A program made the position numbers and the translations under genes. A stretch of DNA of 64,000 nucleotides from Squalus acanthias (lineage: Eukaryota), in assembly GCA_030390025.1 (NCBI GenBank), contig CM059453.1, positions 3,658,001-3,722,000 on the forward strand, in the 5' to 3' direction. Under the pieces are notes generated by a model that was given only the letters and a program-made list of their open reading frames with translations, made no database searches and had not been told where the DNA came from. Each line of letters begins with the position of its first letter. The first letter of the stretch is position 1. Positions 51,673 to 60,862 of the stretch are shown here, piece after piece.

Positions 51673-52738
51673 CATGTACTCGCAGTGTGATTTCCGCTGA
51701 TGATGTATATCCGATGGTTAAGTCGATCACCACTACTTGATACAAACCCGAGTCTTTAAGTGTAACATCATCCAGACGTAAAGTCGCATTGTTGGTGAAA
51801 AGCTCAGCTCTGTCTTTATATGCCGGTGAATACTGTGCACTCGATCCCTGTCCTGTCGCTATTAAATTGTTGGTATTGAATTTCCAACTTGTATAAAAAC
51901 GACCCGAGACTGCGGGTTTGACCAAAAAATACACAGAGTTTCCGGGAGTGCTGTCAATGGGGTTCTCAGAAACAATGGCCCAGAAATTAAACACTGAGCG
52001 TTCCTGCGGGGGTAAGGCTTCCCCGCGAAATCACACTGCGCGCCTACCTTTTCCCTCCTGGCCCACACGAACTTTAGTTTCAAGGCTGCAGCTGTGCTGG
52101 GCTTGCGTGACTCACAGACGCAGTTATTTCCTGCGAGCTCTGGGATCACGTGATTCAGTTAGAGCCAATGGCAGCACACCATCTTTCATTCATAGTTTTG
52201 ACAGGAGAACTGTCAAAGCTATGAATACAACTTACCCCCAAAAGAACAGCTAAACCTCAATTAAATTTAAAAAAAACCATCACATTAATAAAATAACTAT
52301 AGTTAAATAAATTAACCACTTTAAACAAAAATTTAAATTTTTGAAAACATTTAAAATCTTTTTAAAAGTTATAAAAATAAACTTACCTTACTTTAAAGTC
52401 TCTAAAAAAGATAAACCTGTTGAAAAAATTTTAAAATAATACTTAATTAATTACTTACCTTGTTAAAAGAGGGGCTTACGCCTCCTTTCTTTATGTGTAA
52501 AATCTTCCATGCTTACCTGCCTGTTCAAAGCACTAAGTGCACTGCGTGCGCACAGCCTGTAGCGCGCACGCGGTTCACTTAGGAACCGCCCCCTTTTGAG
52601 TTCACGAAGTGCCGGTGTCCCGCGCATGCGCAGTGCATGCTGGAAACCGGCAATTAGAGACCTAAAACGCGAGAGGACATAGTGCGTACTCTCGCGTATT
52701 AGGTCTAATTTTCGGGCCAATAAGAGTTGAAGCGAGTT
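51673..52738 (-). pseudogene. Cys-less IgV (CEACAM N-type) exon interrupted by a MITE (ELASTLI | VSENPIDSTPGNSVYF...SWKF...YKDRAELFTNNATLRLDDVTLKDSGLYQV...LRVH)
   Basis: Native acceptor actgac...cctctctgttgtttattccttacag| at 52739, donor CATG|gtgagt at 51672. Removing 51977-52718 plus one AAT restores an open phase 1-1 exon. Confidence 0.9.
51977..52718. mobile_element. 742-bp non-autonomous DNA transposon (Harbinger-like MITE) with 3-bp TSD
   Basis: Ends GGCCCAGAAATT and AATTTTCGGGCC (imperfect TIR); AAT duplicated at 51974-51976 and 52719-52721; AT-rich core. Confidence 0.85.
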
Positions 52739-52950
52739 CTGTAAGGAATAAACAACAGAGAGGATCGTCAGTTACTAGTGCTTACATGTGTAACATATTC
52801 ACGATTATCCTTGTAACCAATGCGGGGATCCACCCCGTGTGTAAGAACTGACCACGGGAGGAATCAACCCGAGTAACTGCGAAACGGTCGACAGTTTGCG
52901 CATGCGATGCTTTTCCTGTGATGAGGAATGTGATGAACTGTAGAACTCAG

Positions 52951-52996
52951 CCAGGTTAGCGAACAGCAGAAATAAAACGGACAGCAACCTCGCCAT
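52951..52996 (-). CDS. Leader (signal peptide) exon MARLLSVLFLLFANL with a mutated donor
   Basis: ATG in context gatATGG, hydrophobic 15 codons + 1 nt (46 nt, phase 1), followed by ctgagt where gtgagt is expected. Confidence 0.8.
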
Positions 52997-53246
52997 ATCT
53001 GATCACAGCCACAATCTCACACTAACAGGCAAAGGACGATCTGAATGCCGGGCCTCCTCTATCGAAAGTGTCAAAGTCTAGAGTCAGTGCCCTTATGTCA
53101 TAGTGATAAGGTGATGTTCTGTAGATAGCAGGTAATAAACTCGCTGTTTATCATCACTTTTTGTTGATGATTTTATGCTCTTCCTTATTCCGCAGAACAC
53201 TCCGGATTAAGAAGGGAAAACAAAATTACTGATTAAGGGGGAAGAA

Positions 53247-54632
53247 TTGTTCTTGGATAAAGGGGAACCAGTGGACGTAGTGTATTTAGACTTCCAAAAG
53301 GCATTTGACAAGGTGCCACACAAAAGATTATTGCTTAAGGTAAAAAATCACGGGATTGGGGGTAATATTCTGGCATGGATAGAGGATTGGCTATCTAACA
53401 GAAAGCAAAGAGTTGGGATAAATGGTTCATTCTCAGACTGGCAATCAGTAACTAGTGGTGTTCCACAGGGGTCAGTGCTGGGTCCCCAACTCTTCACAAT
53501 CTATATTAACGATTTGGAGGAAGGGACCAAGTGTAACATATCAAAATTTGCAGATGATACAAAGATGGGAGGGAAAGTAGTGAGTGAGGAGGACATAAAA
53601 AACCTGCAAGGGGACATAGACAGGCTAAGTAAGTGGGCAGAGATTTGGCAGATGGAATACAACACTGGAAAGTGTGAGGTGATGCACTTTGGCAGGAAAA
53701 ATCCTAGAGCAATTTATTATCTTAATGGCAAGAAACTGGAGAGTACTGAAGTGCAAAGGGATCTGGGGGTCCTGGTGCACGAAACTCAAAAGGTTAGTAT
53801 GCAGGTGCAGCAAGTGATTAAGAAGGCAAATGGAATGTTGGCTTTCATTGCTAGGGGGATAGAATATAAAAATAGGGAGGTATTGCTTCAGTTGTACAAG
53901 GTATTGGTGAGACCGCACCTGGAATACTGCATACAGTTTTGGTGTCCTTACTTAAGGAAAGACATCCTTGCTCTCGAGGCAGTGCAAAAAAGGTTCACTC
54001 GGTTAATCCCGGGGATGAGGGGGTGGTCATATGAGGAGAGGTTGGGTAGATTGGGACTCTACTCATTGGAGTTCAGAAGAATGAGAGGCGATCTTATTGA
54101 AACATATAAGATTGTGAAGGGGTTGGATCGGGTGGATGCGGGGAGGATGTTCCCGATGACGGGTGAGACGAGAACTAGGGGACATAGTCTTAGAATAAGG
54201 GGCTGCTCTTTCAAAACTGAGATGAGGAGGAACTACTTCACTCAGAGGGTGGTAGGTCCATGGAATATGCTGCCACAAAAAGCTGTAGAAGCTACAACAT
54301 TAATTAAATTTAAAACAGAAATAGACAGTTTCCTAGAAGTAAAGGGCATTAAGGGTTACGGGGAGCGGGCAGGAATTTGGACATGAGTCTAGGTTCGGAT
54401 CGGTCATGGCCCTGTGGGTAGTGGAGCGGGCCCAGGGACTGTGTAGCCTGATTCTGCTCCTATTTCGTGTGTGCAATTCTGTTAGATGCAGGAGATGGTT
54501 CTGTGATAGATAGTAGATTGGCGGTTAGGATCAGATCAGCCATGATCTTATTGAATGGCGGAGCAGGCTCGAGGGGCCGATTGGCCTACTCCTGCTCCTA
54601 TTTCTTATGTTCTTATGTTCTTATGTTCTTAT
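53247..54632 (+). mobile_element. Young CR1 LINE, 3' part of RT (open 379 aa)
   Basis: ORF 53247-54386 with [10 protein letters not shown] and KFADDTK; (ttatgttc)n tail; same subfamily as 22940-24510. Confidence 0.95.
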
Positions 54633-55509
54633 GGTCTCTGTAGGCAGAGTCAAACTATATGTACCAGGAAGATTTCCTATAATCGCTTTTGATAGCGAAA
54701 TCACAGACTCCACTTTTTTGATTCCTTGCTCGAATTTGCTAGAAATACTGACCACAAGAAATCTTCATGATGCATTTACAATATCATCTACAGAGCTGCA
54801 CACATCCATCATTACTTTTTGAAGAGCAGTCACTGTTGAAATGTAGGAAACGCGGCAGCACACAGCAAGATCCTACAAACAGCAATGAGATGATGGCCAG
54901 ATAATCTGTTTTGATGATGTTGGTTGAGGGATAATTATTGGTCAGGACACTGTGGAGAACTCCCGTGCCCTTGATCAAAAGAGTGCTAATGGATCTATTT
55001 GGGGGTGGGGGGGGGGGAATTCGGTTGCTTTGTGCCTTCCGTTAGGGCCCCAAAGGGTGCGCCACCGAATTGTTCACCCAATAGGGCATACAGAGCCTCT
55101 GTTTCAGGTCTAGCCTGAAAAAAAGCACTTCGGACATTTCAGCACTCCGTCAGTACTTGCTCAAATCTCTGAACAGGGACTTAAGCCTGCAACCTCCTGC
55201 CTCAGAGGCAAGTTTGCGTCCAACTGCCACACATGACCACAGACCCCCAGGAATTCAGTACTTGTTTTTAGAAGAAGCCTGAATCATTCTGCAGTCTATG
55301 CGTCTTTTTATTTGTGAGATTAAAGTGTTTTCGTAGCAATGGAGTAAAAAAAAACACTGGTATGTTTAAATCATAGTGTCATGGATGAATTATTTTTTGT
55401 TAGTGGTGATCTTTTTGCTAGAAACACGATATCACAAATGTTCACACTGTGAAGGTCTGTGAGTTTGTTTGAGAAGTTGAAAGGCGGGGAAGAGACCCAC
55501 TCTCATTCT

Positions 55510-56225
55510 TACATAGTAACAGGAGTCGCTCGTTCAGCCCCTCGAGCCTGTTCCCCCATTCACTGAGATCCTGGCTGATCTATATCCTAACTCCATCCAC
55601 CCGCCTTGGCTCCATATCCCTTAATAACCTTCGCGAGCAAAAATCTATTGATCTTAGATTTAACATTATTAATTGAGCTGGCATCTACTGCTTTTTGTTG
55701 GTCAGATGTCCACACTTCTACTACCTTTTGTGTGAAGAAATATGTCTTAACTTCTCTCCAGATGACCTGGCTCTGATTGTAATGTTATGCCTCCTTGTCC
55801 TAGACTTCTCCACCAGTGGAAAAAGTTTCTCTCCATCTACCCTATCAATTCATTTCAAAATCATAAAAACCTTAATCAAATCAGCCCTTAACCATGTATA
55901 TTCCAGGGAACACAAGACTAGTTTATGTAATCTCTCCTCATAATCAGCGCTGGTGACATTCTAGTGAATCTACGCTGCATTCCTTCTAAGGCCAACATAT
56001 CTTTTCTAAGGTGTGGTGCCCAGTTCTGTACACAGTAGTCCAGATGTGGCCTAACTATGGCTTTGTATAGCGGCAGCAAAACTTCCACCCCTTTATATTC
56101 TAGCCCTCTAGTTATAAAGGCTAACGTTCCGTTAGTCCTTTTGATTATTTCTTGTACCTGACCACCACATTTTAGTGATCTGTCACCATGGACCCCTGAA
56201 TCTCTTTGGACTACACAGTTCCTAA
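55510..56225 (-). mobile_element. Decayed CR1 3' fragment
   Basis: Similarity to CR1 RT C-terminus and tail on the minus strand. Confidence 0.75.
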
Positions 56226-57366
56226 GGTAAGCAGAATAGAAATGTATTTGCTTATAAAGATCATTCTAAATATCTGTGAGTGAAGAGTTGTTCGTTCATG
56301 GAATGTGGGCGTCGCTGGCAAGGCCAGCATTTATTGCCCATCCCTAATTGCCCTTGAGAAGGTGGTGGTGAGCCCCCTTCTTGAACCGCTGCAGTCCGTG
56401 TGGTGAAAGTACTCCCACAGTGCTGTTACGGAGGGAGTTCCAGGATTTAACCCAGCGACGATGAAGGATCGGCGATATATTTCCAAATCAGGATGGTGCG
56501 TAACTTGGAATGGTTCGTCCAGGTGATGGTGTTTCCATGTGCCTGCTGCCCATGTCCTTCTAGGTGGTAGAGGTCGCGGGTTCTTTAATTACATATGAAA
56601 CCAGCAGGAACCACAACAAGCAGTAACATCTCAATTTATTACAAAAGCAAAATACTGTGGATGCTGGAAAGCTGAAATAAAAACAGAAAATGCTGGAAAC
56701 ACTCAGCAGGTCAGGCAGCATCTGTGGAGAGAGCAGCAGAGTTAACGTTTCAGATCGATGACCTTTCATGAAAGGTAATTTTAATGGTATTCTGTACATT
56801 ATGGAAGTAAATTGGATTCATATCACATCTGTGAGGCTTAACTGCGTAATTTGTGCATGCATGTTTATGTTCATTTTGCAGGTATTTAATATATAGACCT
56901 ATATTGTACAGGACAGCAACTATAGGGTTATATCAATGTAACTGAACTGTTGTTTAGCAATCGAGGCAGCCAAGTTACATGTAGCAAAGTCGCATAAACA
57001 GAAAATAGACTGTGTACCTCTACCTCCTGGAACACGCAACCTCTACCACCTAGCATGACAAGGGCAGCAGGCGCATGGGAGCACTAATATAAACAACATA
57101 CACGGACTTGGGTATTCAGGCCACAATTTCCAAGTTTGCGGATGACTCGAAACTCGGAAATGTATTAAACAGTATGGAGGGTAGTAAAACATTTTAGGAC
57201 AATTTAGGCAGGCTAGTGAAATGGGCGGACACATGACAGATGAAATTCAGCACAGAGAAGTGTGATGTGATGCATTTTGGAAGGAAGATTGCGGAGAGGC
57301 AGTGTAATCTAAATGGTACAATTTTAAACAGGGTGCAGGAATAGAGAGACCTGGGGATGTAGGTAC

Positions 57367-58298
57367 TGTAAGATTATAGTCAATTTACTTATTCATTTGT
57401 CCAACAACACTTGTTTTTTTATACACATTTATATGCATGCAGTTACTNNNNNNNNNNNNNNNNNNNNNNNNNNNNNNNNNNNNNNNNNNNNNNNNNNNNN
57501 NNNNNNNNNNNNNNNNNNNNNNNNNNNNNNNNNNNNNNNNNNNNNNNNNNNNNNNNNNNNNNNNNNNNNNNNNNNNNNNNNNNGGCAAATTAAACAGTTT
57601 AGTGAAAAGACTGATGGTCAAAACACTGATCAGTTTGGCTTTTTTATCAGAGTAGATTATAACTGAACAAAACACAGGGAAAAGGCATGCAGCCTTGAAC
57701 CTTGAACAGACAGTAGTTTAATAACCTGAGAAAAACAAGGCGTAGGTGGGGCTGGAACCAGAGCAACCATAGCAACTAGACTGATAAGGGAGTTTCACTG
57801 GACAGATAAGAAGGGGCCTGCGTGCTAGAAATAACATCTCTTGAAGTAGGTGTTTTTCAGTGGTATGTAACAGAAGGAGTGGGACCGTGTGAGATCAGAG
57901 GAGAAGAGAGAGGACCTATTAGGGGAGAAAGGGACGCTGAGTGACAGATCCGAGGGAAATTATATAGGATAGAATTGAAAGAAATGTTATAAGAAAGGGA
58001 CACCAGCAGAGGTTAAGTGTAGCAGGAGGCTGAGGAGGATTTGTGCAATTCTCCGAGACACTCAGAGGCGAATACGGGCTGAGGCAGGGCCAGATTGGTG
58101 CAGACAACTTTTACCGTGACTTTTACCCGAGGCATAAACGGGGCCGTATAACTCGTAATTATACCTTGTAAACTGCTGCTTAAGATGCAGTGATTGCACT
58201 GATTTTTGCTTATGCTGAATAAACTATTAACCACTGCCACCAATACAGGTTAATGTCGAATCATTTGGAATCAAAGGTCTCACAAAGAGATTCTTGCA
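57367..58298 (+). mobile_element. Solo LTR (contains the assembly gap), TSD GTAC/CTAC
   Basis: Starts TGTAAGAT, ends ATTCTTGCA; TATA-like ttataag ~57987; AATAAA 58218-58223; second copy at 26578-27486. Confidence 0.85.
57448..57583. other. Assembly gap (136 N)
   Basis: Run of N. Confidence 1.
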
Positions 58299-59464
58299 CT
58301 ACACAAGTCTTTGAAGGTGGCACGACAAGTTGAGAAGACTGTTAAAAAGTCATACAGAATACTTGGCTTTATCAATAGAGGCAGAGAGTGCAAAAGCAAG
58401 GAAGTCATGCCAAACGTTTATAAAACAGTGATTAGAGCGCAGCTGGAGTATTGTGGGCAATACTGGGCACCACACTTTAAGAAGGATGTCTATGACTTAG
58501 AGAGGTTGCAGTGCAGATTTACAAGAATGATACCAGGGATGGGGGACTTCAGTTACGTGGAGAGACTGGAGAAGCTGGGGTTGTTCTTCTTCAAGCAGAG
58601 AAGTTTAATGGGTATTTGATAGAGGTGTTCAAAACAATAAGGGTTTTGATAGAATAAATTTGGATAAACTGCTTTCAGTGACTGATGTGTCGCGAATCAG
58701 AGTTTTAAGGTAATTGGCAAAAGAACCATAGTTGTTCTGAATAACTTTCAAAAGAAATTGCTATATAGTTGCAGGGGGAAATTTGCAGGGCTATGGTTAA
58801 TGTGCAGGGGAGTGGGCAACGAGCCGGCATGGACACGTTGGGCCGAATGGCCTCCACCTGTGCTGTATTATTGTATGATTCTATGAAAAGCAAAATACTG
58901 GGCATCTGAAATAAAAACAGAACTAGCTGGAAAACTCCGGCAACATCTGTGGAGAGAGAGAAACACATTTAACGTTTCAAGGTAATCTGTTCTGCTAGTT
59001 TTCCCTCAGTACCGCACTGACCAATGAGCCCAGGTTGTGTGCTAAAGTCCTGGAGTGACAAACCGCTGCCTCAGAGGCGAGTCCTTTTAACTAGTTAATT
59101 CCCGATCATTGCTTCTCAGTGGCCAATGAGAAAACCCCATAGTCGGCAGTTTGGGAAGCTGAGTCATGGACTTTTATCACGAAGGCTGTGTCACATTGGG
59201 TTAGAAATCCGGATTTGTTGGTAGTGCACCACAGGTGGTATCAGCAATGGCACAGTTGGTAGCACCATCGCCTCTGATTCAGAAGATTGTGTGGTTCAAT
59301 TTCCACTCCAGAGACTTGGGCACAAAATCTAGGCAGCTCCTGTGCAATACTGAGCAAGTGCTGCACTGTTTGAGGTGTCGTCTTTCGGATGTGACCTTAA
59401 AACGAACAGCTATCTTCCCTCGCAGATGGACGTAAAAGATTCTATGGCACTGTTTCAAAGAAGA

Positions 59465-60862
59465 GGGCGAAAGGGATAGACCGAGTAATTACAGACCAGT
59501 CAGCCTAACCTCGGTGGTGGGAAAATTATTGGAAAAATTCTGAGGGACAGGTTACATTTTCATTTAGAAAGACACGGATTAATCAGGGACAGTCAGCGTG
59601 GATTGTTAAGGGAAGGCCGTGTCTGACTAACTTGATTGAATTTTTTGTGGAGGCAACAATGAGGGTCAATGAGGGTATTGCGTTTGATGTAGTCTATATG
59701 GATTTCAGCAAGGCTTTTGTTAAGGTCCCGCATGGCAGACTGGTCACGAAAGTAAAAGCCAATGGGATCCAAGGCAAAGTGGCAAGTGGGATCCGAATTG
59801 GCTCAGAGGCAGGAAACAAAGAGTAATGGTCGAAGGGTGTTTTTGTGACTGGAATGCTGTTTCCAGTGGGGTTCTGGAGGGCTCAGTACTGGGTCCTCTG
59901 CTTTTTGTGGTATATGTCAATGACTTACACTTGAATGTAGGAAGTAAGATTAAGAAGTTTCAGATGATACAAACATTGGCTGTGTGGTTGATAATGAAGA
60001 AGAAAACTGCAGACTGCAGGAAGATATCAATGGACTAGTCAGGTGGGCAGAACAGTGGCAAATGGAATTCAATCTGGAGAAGTGTGAGGTAATGCAGTTG
60101 GGGAGGGCTAACAAGGCAAGGGAATACAATATAAATGGTAGGATACTGAGAAGTACAGAAGATCAGAGGGAACTTGGAGTGCATGTCCACAGATCCCTGA
60201 AGGTAGCAGGACAGGTCGATAAGCTGGTTAAGAAGGCATACGGGATACTTGCTTTTATTAGCCGAGGCATAGAATATAAGAGCACGGGGTTATGCTTGAA
60301 CTGTATAAAATACTATTGAGGCCGCAGCTAGAATACTGCGTGCAGTTCTGGTCACCACGTTACAGGAAGAATGTGATTGCACTAGAAGGGGTGCAGACGA
60401 GATTTACGAGGATGTTGCCTGGGCTGGGAAATTTTAGGTATGAGGAAAGATTGGATAGGCTGGGGTTGTTTTCTTTGGAACAGAGGAGGCTGAGGGGAGA
60501 TCTAATTGAGGTGTATAAAATTGTGACAGACCTGGATAGAGTGGATAGGAATGACCTCTTTCTCTTAGCACAAGGGTCCATAGATTTAAAGTAATTGTTC
60601 GGAAGTTTAGAGGGATTTGAGAAGAAATGTTTTCACCCAGAGGTTGGTGGGGGTCTGGAACTCACTGCCTGAAAGGGTGGTAGAGGCAGAAAACCTCATC
60701 ACATTTCAAATTAACTTGGATATGCACCTGAACTGCCATAACTAACATGGCTACGGACCAAGTGCTGGAAAGTGGCTTTAGGGTGGATAGCTCTTTGTCG
60801 GCCGGCACGGAGAAGATGGGCCGAATGGCTTCCTTCTGTGCTGTAAATTTCTATGTTTCCAT
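59465..60862 (+). mobile_element. Decayed CR1 RT 3' part
   Basis: ORF fragments 59632-60594 (YMDFSKAF, GSVLGP, RPQLEYCVQFW) plus tail. Confidence 0.9.

Larger units (their letters stand above)
57090..58885 (+). mobile_element. Decayed CR1 RT fragment split by a solo LTR
   Basis: KFADD near 57132; QLEYCGQYWAPH in ORF 58311-58619; sequence reads through across the LTR site. Confidence 0.78.

Noticed and set aside
25207-52996. Assigning a gene symbol (CEACAM1, CEACAM5 or VSIG10L)
   Set aside because: The domains show mixed family features, and orthology cannot be established without phylogeny and synteny.
57448-57583. Gap hiding a full provirus
   Set aside because: The sister LTR copy has only a short microsatellite at the equivalent position.
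11435-60581. Many 60-210 aa ORFs antisense to or overlapping LINE ORFs (e.g. 13237-13764, 22313-22852, 36127-36762)
   Set aside because: They are shadow frames of CR1 and Penelope coding sequence with no independent motifs.
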